A DNA stretch of 64,000 nt from a virus: IMG/VR virus record IMGVR_UViG_3300044635_002180, positions 32,001 to 96,000 of that record, one strand, 5' to 3'. Each line of letters begins with the position of its first letter. The first letter of the stretch is position 1. The translations under genes and the position numbers were made by a program. The notes beneath the pieces were generated by a model, which searched no databases, was not told where the DNA came from, and saw only the letters and a list, made by a program, of their open reading frames with translations. This document shows, piece after piece, positions 31,177 to 40,965 of this stretch.

Positions 31177-33585
31177 TTATCGCAATATTTCTTGGAAATT
31201 AGCACTAGTGCGCGTAGCATGGAAGTTTACCAAGATGAACTCTGCGGTGCGCACTGGCTTGATATATATATCAATAACCAATTCATTTGCATCAATGACA
31301 GAGGGCGGATTATTACGGTCATCGCAAATCAACAAGTAATCATAAATGCCTTGATTGACTGTATTGGCTTTTGCAGCTTCAAATATTGGTGTTAAATCAT
31401 CCACAACACGGGTGCGTGTGTACAATGAATTTGGCTCAAACACATAATAGCGTGCAATTGCTTTGGTTTGCTTCTCAAGCAAGATGAACAATCTACGAAC
31501 ATTCACTCGATCAAAAGCACTTGGAGTGCGCTGCATGGTTTTTTGACCATAAATTACAATGCCTTCTCTTACAAATTGCGCAATTGGATTTAGATTAAAC
31601 TTATACAAGTCATCACGCTGCTTTTGATTAGGCGCAATTGCAATGTCGTCAACGCCTTGCACCAAACCACGAGTGAAACCAGCAGGTGCAGACCAATAAG
31701 CAAAGTTTCTATCAGAACGTGCATAATCTGCTGCTACAATGCCAGAGAATGGCACCCACACATTGGTTTGTGAATAAGCATCATTAACACGAGCCCAGTT
31801 TGCATATGCTGCAGCATAGCTTGTGTTAGCAAGCTCAAATTGATGGCGCAGTGGTGAGAACACGTGCTCAGACCAGCTCTTGGTTGAATCGCTGAGTGTT
31901 TTGGTGTTGTTGCCTGTTACAAGAATATGACGAATTGGATCAGCAATGAAGATGTGGTCCATTCTATCTTTTGCAAATTCAGCAAACAAGCTAAACACTG
32001 TGTTGTAGTTGCCTCTCAAGTCATATTTAGAATCACTTGGTGCAGTATAATTGAGAGTAGTTTGGAGATATCCAAGAGCAGTACTCAAATTGCTGTTCAT
32101 GAGTGTATCATCATAATATGCAACTCCTGCTGCGCACAATGTAGCATGAATTGTACCCAATCCTGCTTCAACAGTAACATCAAGATCATACAACTCATCA
32201 TTTTCAACCAATTCAAGTGCACGTGTTATTTTGCCAGGAATGCTGCCAATGGTTTTGGTAGTTGGTGTAGGATCAATGTATGCACCAGCAGCCATGAGTA
32301 CGTCAGCTGTACCGCTGAAGTTTGCAGCAAGAGCTGTTTGTGCAGCAGCATATGCACCATTGTTGAGCCCAATTGTTCCAGAGATTTGCTGAAACGTAGC
32401 AAGTGTGCTCAATTGTTTGGAAAGCTCATCTGTAAGCAATCTGATGCTCTTGGAAGGAATGCCATTTGCATCAAGCCATGTTGATGAGGTGCGGTTGGAG
32501 ATGTAATCATTCACCATCACTTTGATGTTGCGTGATGAATTTTCCACTTCTGTACCAATGAATGCAGAAACAATTGGACCACCATTCTCTGGAGTGCGCT
32601 GACGGTAGAAATCTACGCTGCTTGCATATTTTTCTTCAAGAACATAATCAAGCATTGTTGTTTCTGGTGAGTAAATGCTTTGACGAAGCTTGAATACACC
32701 AAGTGTAAGATAATCATTGAACTGATTTGTACCAATGTTGAATGATGCAGCATTTTCAAGCACTTGAGAAAGTGTTCCATTGGATGCTGCAGTTCCAGAC
32801 AGTGCAAAGTTGAGTCTTGCAAGAGGGATTGTGGTGAGTACATCTGCACTTCCAGCTGTTCCTGCTGTGTTGACTGTAGCAGCAGTGATGATGCCATCAA
32901 AATCAGTGGCTGGATTTGCATTGGAGTTGTCAATGACGCCAACATAATAGCCTTCATATCTATCATTGATGGTGGTTTGAGCATCATTAAAAATAACGAT
33001 GCCGGCTTTGCCGAAATCGCTAATGCTTGTAATGCTAGCAGCAGCACTACCAGTCATTGATGTTGTTGACCAGTTGAATGCCTCGCCATTGATGCATGAA
33101 AGATATTGTGCTTTGGTGAGTGTAAAATGCTTTGGCTTGCCAAGAACATATGCGTCAACACCAGATGCAGCAAGTGTATTTACAATGCCGCCTGTGCCAG
33201 AGATTGCAGAGGATGAAGATCCTGCAGCAGCAATGGTTACAGGATTGCCAGATACAGCAACCACGGGATAAACAACTGCGCTGTATTGAGAACCAAATCC
33301 ATCACCATTGCCAGCACCATATGGCAAGCGGTTTACTAAAATGCTTGCACCTGTTCCAATGAGTGGTTTTACAGAATAGTAAAAATAACGCTCTGCAGCA
33401 TTGGTTGGTGTGCCGTAAATTTGTTCAAATTCAGAAAGTGAAGAGATGGAGATTACTTCATCAGTTGGACCTTTGCTAGCAAAGCCAGTGATGAATACAT
33501 CAGTTCCAAAAACATTTGCCTGAATTGCTGATTCATCGATTTCATTGATTTGTACCCCAGGGGAGTTGATAATTCTTGATGCCAT
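31177..33585 (-). CDS. gp18: tail sheath protein
   Basis: SPGVQINEID, KGP, WSAPAGFTRG, QRDDLY, GQKT, FDRVNVRRLF, FEPN, IKPVRTAEFI. Confidence 0.97.
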   Translation of the reverse strand: MASRIINSPGVQINEIDESAIQANVFGTDVFITGFASKGPTDEVISISSLSEFEQIYGTPTNAAERYFYYSVKPLIGTGASILVNRLPYGAGNGDGFGSQYSAVVYPVVAVSGNPVTIAAAGSSSSAISGTGGIVNTLAASGVDAYVLGKPKHFTLTKAQYLSCINGEAFNWSTTSMTGSAAASITSISDFGKAGIVIFNDAQTTINDRYEGYYVGVIDNSNANPATDFDGIITAATVNTAGTAGSADVLTTIPLARLNFALSGTAASNGTLSQVLENAASFNIGTNQFNDYLTLGVFKLRQSIYSPETTMLDYVLEEKYASSVDFYRQRTPENGGPIVSAFIGTEVENSSRNIKVMVNDYISNRTSSTWLDANGIPSKSIRLLTDELSKQLSTLATFQQISGTIGLNNGAYAAAQTALAANFSGTADVLMAAGAYIDPTPTTKTIGSIPGKITRALELVENDELYDLDVTVEAGLGTIHATLCAAGVAYYDDTLMNSNLSTALGYLQTTLNYTAPSDSKYDLRGNYNTVFSLFAEFAKDRMDHIFIADPIRHILVTGNNTKTLSDSTKSWSEHVFSPLRHQFELANTSYAAAYANWARVNDAYSQTNVWVPFSGIVAADYARSDRNFAYWSAPAGFTRGLVQGVDDIAIAPNQKQRDDLYKFNLNPIAQFVREGIVIYGQKTMQRTPSAFDRVNVRRLFILLEKQTKAIARYYVFEPNSLYTRTRVVDDLTPIFEAAKANTVNQGIYDYLLICDDRNNPPSVIDANELVIDIYIKPVRTAEFILVNFHATRTSANFQEILR

Positions 33586-33616
33586 GCTTGTATTTATAGA
33601 AAATCCAGCACCATTT

Positions 33617-34201
33617 TTATACTAGCGTGCATGTTATATTGGAAAAAACGAATTCAAAAGAGCTAGTTATTTCTTTGCTGTCTTGATAATTCCAATTTAT
33701 GCTGCCTAATTTTGTTGGAAATGCATTGTGGTAATTAAATTTTACAATGTTGTTGTTGAATTCATCTTTTGCATACAATGTAAAAATTGTTGCATATTCA
33801 TCAAGCACAGCGCCATCTTTGGCCAGATTTCTTGCATTGATAATTTCGCCGGTGGCACCTTCTTTTTCATCTCTCATGGCATTAAGCCATTGATAAATCA
33901 CCCAATAATTTGAAAATTGATTATCAATGGTGAAATTTAATGTTGATGCTGGAAAAGAAGATCTGTTGTGTGAAGATACATAAATTGTGCTGCCTGCATA
34001 GCGCGTTTCAATGGCCGGCACTGTAATTTCAGGCACAACAACACCAAAAACAGAAAACTGCATGGATTCCAGGTTGATGGTGCGATTGTTGCGATTAAAC
34101 TTATCATTGATGCTTTTTAGAGCAGGTGGCAAATTCAACACCATGGTGAATTTGTCAATGCGTGATTTGTTAAAGGGGGCTTGTTTGTTATCAATGCTCA
34201 T
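33617..34201 (-). CDS. tail completion / tube terminator (gp3-like)
   Basis: VVVPEITVP, LNFTIDNQFSNYWVIYQWL, YHNAFPTKLGSI; TAAATA-N5-ATG at 34201. Confidence 0.7.
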   Translation of the reverse strand: MSIDNKQAPFNKSRIDKFTMVLNLPPALKSINDKFNRNNRTINLESMQFSVFGVVVPEITVPAIETRYAGSTIYVSSHNRSSFPASTLNFTIDNQFSNYWVIYQWLNAMRDEKEGATGEIINARNLAKDGAVLDEYATIFTLYAKDEFNNNIVKFNYHNAFPTKLGSINWNYQDSKEITSSFEFVFSNITCTLV

Positions 34202-34209
34202 GTTGCTAT

Positions 34210-36978
34210 TTATAAGATTTCCCAACCTTGCAGTTCCATATCAGCTAAATCATCATCTTTGCTTGTTGTGGCGCCAAACGCAATGGGCAGCGTTGCTGAA
34301 TCTTTGTAACGCTCTGCTGTCATCATTTCAAGCCATGCCCCTGGTGAATTTATGAGGCGGTCTTTTTTTGTAAAGTATGTGAGGCCAAAATCCATGGGTT
34401 TGAGCTTGCTGGGCTTGCCATTATCATCCGTTTCTTCCACTTCAAAGTATTGATTGCATATGCCAAATTGCTTGTCATTGTCTAAAATTACCAATGCCCA
34501 CACCAATGCCATGACACAGTCATCTGTACCATTGCCACGAGCACTCCATGTGCCATTGGGTTTGCGTACAAAATCTTTGAGTTCTATGAGTGTGCTCATG
34601 TCATTGAATTTAACACATTTGAGAACATTCACCCAATATCTCATGTTGAGCACACCACGTTGTTTGGTGTTGGTATGCGCAATTACACCCAAGAATTCTT
34701 TTTTGCGGCCAGCTAATTCAGCACCATAACTCACAATGTTTTCGTAATTGTGATTGGCTCTCAAGTTTTCCACCACAATTTGTCCACAACTGTTGCGCTC
34801 AACCAACACAAGTGGTTTACCCCATTGCGTTAATACTTCATTTAACTTGACTGTAAACTGAGCTGGTGCAATTGCATTGTCTCTGTAGATGGCCACCTGT
34901 TCAATGTTGGTCAAATCAGTTACATCCAAAATTTGTATCACTGAATAGTTTTGTCCTACACCCTCTGCCACATCAACACCGGCTATGTATATGCGATCTT
35001 CTTCTGGACTTCTCCAAATCTTGTATGATTCACCATCCAGCATAATTTCTGGATCGCTGCAATATTTTTTGAGTTTTTCAAAAGTTTCAATGTCAATGGA
35101 TGATTCACCTTTGTGATGAAAAGTGCAATTATATTCCTGCTCAAACGCTTCAATGCTGCCAATTTGTTTGATTTGACTTTGTTTCCACTTTTCATCTCGG
35201 CCTGGCACAGCATCCCATTTAATGGTCATGGTGCTGAAGTCATTTTGGCTTTTTATTGCTCCATCATACAGTTGATAGAACAAATTGTCTGTTCCATTGG
35301 GAGTAGATGCAATCAATACTTTGGATGTTTTGGAGCGAGAAATTGTGGGCCACACAGAACGCCAAAAATCTTCCATGATGGATGGAGGATCAATGAAAGC
35401 CAACTCATCCAGCAGCAAAACGTTGAGGGATTGACCACGTGCAGCAGATCCGGTGGTGGTGGAAATACCAACACGAGATCCATTGTCTAATGTCATGCTG
35501 GTTTTTCCATATTCTTGCACACCAGGTTTGAGCCAGTTGGGCAACTGCTCGTATGCAAGTCGTACTCTTCTGAATATTTCAATGGCTGTGCTTTCTTTGT
35601 TTGCAACAATGAGAATATTTTGATCTTGATTGAAGCTTGCTACCCACAATGCATATATGCAAAGTAGTGTTGTGTTGTGAGTGGGTATGTATTGCTTGCC
35701 GCAAAGGTATAGACTATCCGGACTGTCCACAGTTATGCAGCGAACAGGCACTGATTCTATAACTTCCACACTTTTAATATAATGCCATTGCGATCTATAT
35801 TTTGATTGAACAACTTGTGGTTTACATTTTATGCGCTGTTTCTTAAACGGTAAATTACAGACATATTCAATTGGCTTAAACGTAATACTCTTACACTCAG
35901 AGCATTTCACACCATCTAATGTAGGGGTGTATTGTTTCGTTGTTACTTTATAACCAAGACTTTCAACTAACTCCTTAACTTGATCAACCAGCTTTAGATT
36001 AGTATTGTAAAACTGGCAAGTGCCATCAGGCATTATATATCCATCACTATCTACTAATCCCATGAGTAGTCTCAATCTTTGAGATCTAGAACTTCTCATA
36101 TAAACTGCAGGTATGTGTTTATTATCTGTTAAGTTTTCCTTTTTAAGAATTGATGTTAGACTTTTTGTGTGTGGTGAATCATTTGAAGAAATTCTCAATG
36201 AAAAAACATCAGTATTGTACTCATTAACAGTAAGTTTATCAAACTGTGCTTGATCGGCATTAAGTATTTTAACTATATCTTCTAAATCTCTCTTGCCTAC
36301 AGTGATGTATCCTCCTGAGCTAGCACCATCGCCTAACCAAAGCCCCAAAACATATGGATCAATAGGCAGCATTTTTTCTTCACAATCAATTCCAGCTATG
36401 CACGTTGGAATTCTATGGTTAGGCTCATTCCACTTTGTTTGTGTATTGAATATTTCTTGCGTTGTTTTAATAGATCCAGCAATCTTACCTCTTTCATTTT
36501 TTGCTTGTGTAAACCAAAGGTGATCTGCATCAGCAATAATAATTTCACCATTATCAAATGTTAATTTGAAGCATTTTCTATTGTATAATATATCATGTGC
36601 CATGGTGACATTACATGTTTTTCCGTCTAAACCATAAACTTTATCACCGACTTTCAGTTCTCCCATAGTTGTCCATCCTGTTGGTGTAGGAATTGGTGTA
36701 TCTAATGCAAGTGCCTTGCCCAACTGTCTAGATGTCAGCAGAATATTGTAGCGATTGTCTCGCAGCATTCTTAGTGCATCTTTTTGGTATTTGTACAACT
36801 CAATTATGACCCGCCCTTTGTCTGGATCAATGATGTAAAAATAATTTTCAGCAAAAAACAATAAATTCTGTGCGCACTTTTTTAAATCACGCACCATTTG
36901 CGGTGTATATTCATATTCTGCTGTGCTGGTGGGCAGATTTGGGTTGTTGAGATAAAACTCTCTACTTTTTGATGGCAT
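34210..36978 (-). CDS. gp17: terminase large subunit with intein
   Basis: LYKYQ, SRQLGK/TT Walker A split by the intein, LLLDELAF, ASTPNG, FEQEY, GVDVAEG, DDCVMAL. Confidence 0.96.
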   Translation of the reverse strand: MPSKSREFYLNNPNLPTSTAEYEYTPQMVRDLKKCAQNLLFFAENYFYIIDPDKGRVIIELYKYQKDALRMLRDNRYNILLTSRQLGKALALDTPIPTPTGWTTMGELKVGDKVYGLDGKTCNVTMAHDILYNRKCFKLTFDNGEIIIADADHLWFTQAKNERGKIAGSIKTTQEIFNTQTKWNEPNHRIPTCIAGIDCEEKMLPIDPYVLGLWLGDGASSGGYITVGKRDLEDIVKILNADQAQFDKLTVNEYNTDVFSLRISSNDSPHTKSLTSILKKENLTDNKHIPAVYMRSSRSQRLRLLMGLVDSDGYIMPDGTCQFYNTNLKLVDQVKELVESLGYKVTTKQYTPTLDGVKCSECKSITFKPIEYVCNLPFKKQRIKCKPQVVQSKYRSQWHYIKSVEVIESVPVRCITVDSPDSLYLCGKQYIPTHNTTLLCIYALWVASFNQDQNILIVANKESTAIEIFRRVRLAYEQLPNWLKPGVQEYGKTSMTLDNGSRVGISTTTGSAARGQSLNVLLLDELAFIDPPSIMEDFWRSVWPTISRSKTSKVLIASTPNGTDNLFYQLYDGAIKSQNDFSTMTIKWDAVPGRDEKWKQSQIKQIGSIEAFEQEYNCTFHHKGESSIDIETFEKLKKYCSDPEIMLDGESYKIWRSPEEDRIYIAGVDVAEGVGQNYSVIQILDVTDLTNIEQVAIYRDNAIAPAQFTVKLNEVLTQWGKPLVLVERNSCGQIVVENLRANHNYENIVSYGAELAGRKKEFLGVIAHTNTKQRGVLNMRYWVNVLKCVKFNDMSTLIELKDFVRKPNGTWSARGNGTDDCVMALVWALVILDNDKQFGICNQYFEVEETDDNGKPSKLKPMDFGLTYFTKKDRLINSPGAWLEMMTAERYKDSATLPIAFGATTSKDDDLADMELQGWEIL
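35674..36714 (-). mobile_element. class 3-type intein with LAGLIDADG endonuclease (347 aa)
   Basis: Starts ALALDTPIPT; DHLW in block B; LGLWLGDG and LMGLVDSDG; VRCITVD; ends PTHN before Thr+1. Confidence 0.92.
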
Positions 36979-37018
36979 GCATGTTTATTTACATGATGTA
37001 CATAAATAATCGCATGCA
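36975..37018. promoter_or_regulatory. divergent late promoter pair within an imperfect inverted repeat
   Basis: GCATGC..TTATTTA-N11-TAAATAA..GCATGC between the gp17 and 37014 starts. Confidence 0.65.
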
Positions 37019-37808
37019 ACACAAAAAAGCTAAAAAGCCTATGATGGGTAACAAGCGCGGCAAAGGTGCACAAAATTTGCCACTCATGAAATCAAAAAAA
37101 CCACTTGCCTCAACAGAAGCAATGGCATTTGACAAGCGCGGAGGTCCTGAACATGTGCAAGGCCTGAACAAAGCAATTGAGCCAACCAGCAAAAAAAATC
37201 TTTATTCTCCTGAAAAATTTTCTTTAGGAGTTGAAAAAGCTAATATCACAGCACTAAATAGAAGTATGACTAACAAATCTGCTTTTGATACTCTTTACGA
37301 AGAAGTTATGGACAATCCCGCTGATCTCGGCGCCGAACATGAAGATCTTGATGCTCTTGATGTTGATACAGACTCACCTGATGATGACATGGGTGGAGAC
37401 GAAATTACCATCACATTGTCACGCGAACTTGCTCAACAACTTCATGATGCCATCATGGGTCAACTTGAGAGTGGCATGGAAGATGAAATGTCAGATGAAG
37501 AACTTGGTGCAGAAGATCTTGGCGCAGACATGGGCGATGAAGGTGATGATGAAGATACATTCCCTGAAAGTGTAACTGTTGAGCCAGAACCAAAGCCACT
37601 TGGCAACAGAGGCCATAAGCTCATGAGCAAAGGCAGCATGAAGGCTGGTGGTACAGTAACTGGCAAATCTGGTGGCAAGCCTGCTACAACTGGAGCCAAA
37701 ATTACTCTTCAGTCAGAGCCCAAGGAGCTCAAGCACACAGTCAATGACGGCAAAGGCGGCAAAATGAAAGTCGGTAATTTGCAGCAAGGCAAGAGCCTTT
37801 TTGATTGA
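37014..37808 (+). CDS. acidic/basic low-complexity protein, possible prohead core or internal protein
   Basis: D/E-rich middle and K/G-rich ends; TAAATA-N5-ATG at both 37014 and 37266. Confidence 0.65.
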   Translation: MQHKKAKKPMMGNKRGKGAQNLPLMKSKKPLASTEAMAFDKRGGPEHVQGLNKAIEPTSKKNLYSPEKFSLGVEKANITALNRSMTNKSAFDTLYEEVMDNPADLGAEHEDLDALDVDTDSPDDDMGGDEITITLSRELAQQLHDAIMGQLESGMEDEMSDEELGAEDLGADMGDEGDDEDTFPESVTVEPEPKPLGNRGHKLMSKGSMKAGGTVTGKSGGKPATTGAKITLQSEPKELKHTVNDGKGGKMKVGNLQQGKSLFD

Positions 37809-37825
37809 TCAATTAAACAATAAAT

Positions 37826-37860
37826 AAAAAAAAGCGGAGATTTTTCTCCGCTTTTTTTTG
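37826..37860. terminator. bidirectional intrinsic terminator
   Basis: A8-GCGGAGA-tttt-TCTCCGC-T8 between convergent genes. Confidence 0.9.
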
Positions 37861-37875
37861 TGTTTTTTTTATTTT

Positions 37876-38304
37876 TTAAATTGATAGCGTTGAGCTGCTA
37901 TAATAATCATCCTCTGATGGAAGACTGCGCAGAAAATTATTAGCCACATCAACAGCGTTGATTTCGCTGATCAAATACTGAGGAGATTTAAAATGCTCTT
38001 CATAGTTGATTTTACCACCGCCAATTACATTGCTAGCAGCACACTCTACATCATACAAATTATATGTTTTAGTGTCATCCTGAATATGCTGCCAGTTCTT
38101 AAACTCATTTACAAGATTAAGAGCATAAAATGTTGCTATGCGCTTGTTGATATCAGCAGATCTTGGTGACATCTGCATCATGAGGTCACCTTTAACTACT
38201 GGGGCATCCTGACGCTCAGGCCAATTGATGCTATCTATTACTCTCCAAAATTCGTTGATCTGATCTTTGGAGAAACGACTTGCGGCGCTACTATGTATTT
38301 GCAT
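37876..38304 (-). CDS. hypothetical protein
   Basis: 142-aa ORF overlapping the exonuclease stop and ending at the terminator. Confidence 0.7.
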   Translation of the reverse strand: MQIHSSAASRFSKDQINEFWRVIDSINWPERQDAPVVKGDLMMQMSPRSADINKRIATFYALNLVNEFKNWQHIQDDTKTYNLYDVECAASNVIGGGKINYEEHFKSPQYLISEINAVDVANNFLRSLPSEDDYYSSSTLSI

Positions 38305-39001
38305 TTTGTATTTGTGTTTTTCTTAGTTGAAAGAGTTTTTCAATGGTATCTTTGCAGTAAATGATGGGAATTTCCCGCCAATATTTAGTATTGTTGTAAG
38401 AATTTGTTGTCAAATAAAGGATCTTCATGCCTTTGCAATGTTTGCCTGTTGCTTGCTGCATCATGTATGCATAAGTGGATAATTGCAATGTGTAGATGTT
38501 GTATTCACAATAATCTAAGAAGTTGAGAGGTTCAAGTAATTTTTCTCCAAAATCATTACTAAACTTGAACTTTTTGTTGGTTTTAAAATCCATCACAAAA
38601 AATTCAGCATCATTTTCAAGAATTAAATCTGCTGTGCCTGCAATGCGAGCACCATCATTCCAAAGCAAACACTCTGCTTTCTTTTGCTTGCTTTTAAAGC
38701 CTTCACCTGCTTTATTGAGACTTTTGATGAGGTCATTATATTCCTCAGCCACTTCACCGTATTTGATGTAGTCTTCCATGGCTTTGTGATAATTTTTGCC
38801 TTTTTCTTGTGCTTCAACTGTTATGGTCTTCCACAAGTTTTTGATGGCCTCTGGGGTGGTATCGTTCTTTTCAGCAACTCTTGCTGCATGTGCATCAGTA
38901 TCAAATGGCTTTTTAAATGTGTTTAAAAAAGTCGTTACACTGATGTACTCCACATCAAATGCATTATAGTATTTGTGATTGACCTCGTCAAATTTGATCA
39001 T
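38291..39001 (-). CDS. PD-(D/E)XK (Cas4/RecB-like) phage exonuclease
   Basis: YISVTT, GKNYHKAME, IAGTADL, DFKTNK, YTLQLSTYA. Confidence 0.85.
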   Translation of the reverse strand: MIKFDEVNHKYYNAFDVEYISVTTFLNTFKKPFDTDAHAARVAEKNDTTPEAIKNLWKTITVEAQEKGKNYHKAMEDYIKYGEVAEEYNDLIKSLNKAGEGFKSKQKKAECLLWNDGARIAGTADLILENDAEFFVMDFKTNKKFKFSNDFGEKLLEPLNFLDYCEYNIYTLQLSTYAYMMQQATGKHCKGMKILYLTTNSYNNTKYWREIPIIYCKDTIEKLFQLRKTQIQNANT

Positions 39002-39006
39002 TTGTA

Positions 39007-39034
39007 AATGTAAATGATGATCTTTAAAAATCAA
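39007..39034 (-). promoter_or_regulatory. sigma70-like promoter
   Basis: TTGATT-N16-TACATT, then 5 nt to ATG. Confidence 0.5.
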
Positions 39035-39840
39035 GACTGATCGTAACCATATTCTCCATAAACATTTGTATTGACAGCTCTTTGATCATAAACTTTATTG
39101 ATGCTGTCTGTGCTTGCATCACCTGGATATGATTTTGGTTGAGATTGTTGCTGCATTCCACCTGACAATATGCCATTGAATGCATTGTCAAACACCTGAG
39201 CAGATCCTTTTTCACCAGAAAGACCCGGCTCAAAGCTGTAATCAAGACGACGTGCACGAATTTTCCACAAATAGTGCCCACCCAACATGTTGATGCCTTC
39301 ACTCACGCTTTGATCCAAACGTTCTGTTATTTCAAAGAACTTGCCATTGCGATCTCCAGGGCGTGTTGATCCATATTGAGTGAGTTGAAACACATCACCA
39401 GCTTTGGGTTCAACAGCTTGACTGAGCGCCGGGTATACAGACAATGGTGAGAATGTTGCGTAAAAAGAACTAATGTGAATAAATGCAGTGATGTTATCAT
39501 CTCCATCAAAACCAAAACGTCTGAGCACAGTATTGTCTTCAGTCAATTGAATGTACATCAAGATGTTGGTTGGGCCAAAGAATACACTGGTTGGATCTTC
39601 GCCATAAATGTTGTCTGCATTGGAAACATTGTAAGTATTTACATAATATGCAACTGTGCTGCCATATCTATTAATAATTTCCTGTACACCACTAGAGATC
39701 AATTGTTGCTCACCACTGTTGAGGGCACTTTCATTGACATTTACTTGACATTCCAAATTGCCATTGTTGGCACCTGTATAAAAAGCATTGCCGCAGGTGT
39801 TTGGTGTGGGATATGTTCTGACTTGGTAATAGGAGCTCAT
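39031..39840 (-). CDS. gp14: neck protein (gp14-like)
   Basis: EIINRYG...YY, IYGEDP, RRFG, PKAGDV, FFEITE, YLWKIRA..DYS. Confidence 0.75.
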   Translation of the reverse strand: MSSYYQVRTYPTPNTCGNAFYTGANNGNLECQVNVNESALNSGEQQLISSGVQEIINRYGSTVAYYVNTYNVSNADNIYGEDPTSVFFGPTNILMYIQLTEDNTVLRRFGFDGDDNITAFIHISSFYATFSPLSVYPALSQAVEPKAGDVFQLTQYGSTRPGDRNGKFFEITERLDQSVSEGINMLGGHYLWKIRARRLDYSFEPGLSGEKGSAQVFDNAFNGILSGGMQQQSQPKSYPGDASTDSINKVYDQRAVNTNVYGEYGYDQS

Positions 39841-40295
39841 TGAATTGGCTTGTAATGCATGATCTTGTACACAGGCTTGCCTGTTGCATCCATGTTTCTT
39901 ACCACTGCTGCATTTACTTTTGAGTTGATTTGCAGCGGTTGATTGTCTTGCATGTTGTTCAAGTCAATGCCATGTGTGTTTTGTATCTCTTGCAAATCTG
40001 CATCACCAAGAACTTCTTGCATTGATGGGTTTTGAGTCACCTTATCAATTTTATTCTTGGTCATTGATTGTGTATTGATGTTGCTTTGAGCGACTGTATT
40101 GGTAGCACCTGGATTATTTTTTGTTCCAGTGCGCAAACCGGTTGCATTTGCACCACCTGCAACGCGATTGTCTCTAATATTTGAAGATTTATTGTACCCT
40201 GGTCCATTGGCAAGCTTAATTGCATTTGGATCTGCAGCAGTGTTTTCAAAAAAAGTCTCAAATGTAACAAATGGCATTGAGGTAAGGATATTCAT
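39837..40295 (-). CDS. hypothetical protein
   Basis: ORF coupled to gp14; TAAATA 7 nt upstream of 40295; N-terminal FVTFETFFE. Confidence 0.65.
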   Translation of the reverse strand: MNILTSMPFVTFETFFENTAADPNAIKLANGPGYNKSSNIRDNRVAGGANATGLRTGTKNNPGATNTVAQSNINTQSMTKNKIDKVTQNPSMQEVLGDADLQEIQNTHGIDLNNMQDNQPLQINSKVNAAVVRNMDATGKPVYKIMHYKPIQ

Positions 40296-40327
40296 TGTTA
40301 AATATTTATGCGTGTTGTGCAAAAGCT

Positions 40328-40798
40328 ATGAGAATATTTAACTTTTATCCCATTGGACAGGCCAAAAAAGCATTTGCAGCATGGAATTTTGACTGCAATG
40401 CTTTTAGTACAGCATTTACAAGCTTCTATAATCATCATTTTTTTGACAATGTAGAATCAACTAGACATTACAACATTGGATTGCGCATTGATAACAAGGA
40501 TGAAGAGGCGTTTGGATTGTATGAACTTGGTGGCAGCATATTTATATGCAATCAAAACATGAGCATTTTGCCAGAAAAACAATTTGAAATACAATTGTTT
40601 AAAACACTTTTGCATGAAATCATGCATTGGATACAGTACACTTTTTACAAGTGGTCTGATGAAGAAATAGTCAAGGGCGATGAGGATCAAAAATGTGCAG
40701 CAGAACTCATGTGCAAAAAATTTGAAAAACAGTATCGACATGTATTAAAAATATACAGAGCTTTGCTGCGTGTAAAGAAACATGAGTATAGATGTTAA
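40328..40798 (+). CDS. putative zinc metallopeptidase (HExxH)
   Basis: TLLHEIMHWIQY with a downstream Glu; start uncertain. Confidence 0.65.
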   Translation: MRIFNFYPIGQAKKAFAAWNFDCNAFSTAFTSFYNHHFFDNVESTRHYNIGLRIDNKDEEAFGLYELGGSIFICNQNMSILPEKQFEIQLFKTLLHEIMHWIQYTFYKWSDEEIVKGDEDQKCAAELMCKKFEKQYRHVLKIYRALLRVKKHEYRC

Positions 40799-40806
40799 AT
40801 ACAGTT

Positions 40807-40956
40807 ATGAAATTTAATGAAATTGTGGAGTTCTTTCTGGAAAAGAATGGCAACAAGCACCGGCGCAAAAGAAAAAAAGCAAAAGATGAAAATGTTGAGC
40901 AATATGATCACGCTATAACACTGGAGCATGCGCACAAACAAAAGAGAAGCACCTAA
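40807..40956 (+). CDS. small basic protein (49 aa), not in the ORF track
   Basis: MKFNEIVEFFLEKNGNKHRRKRKK...; TAAATA-N5-ATG; fills the gap exactly. Confidence 0.65.
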   Translation: MKFNEIVEFFLEKNGNKHRRKRKKAKDENVEQYDHAITLEHAHKQKRST

Positions 40957-40965
40957 ATAACAACA

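Noticed and set aside
38291-39001. CRISPR-associated Cas4
   Set aside because: No cas genes or array and no clear four-Cys cluster; fits a standalone phage exonuclease
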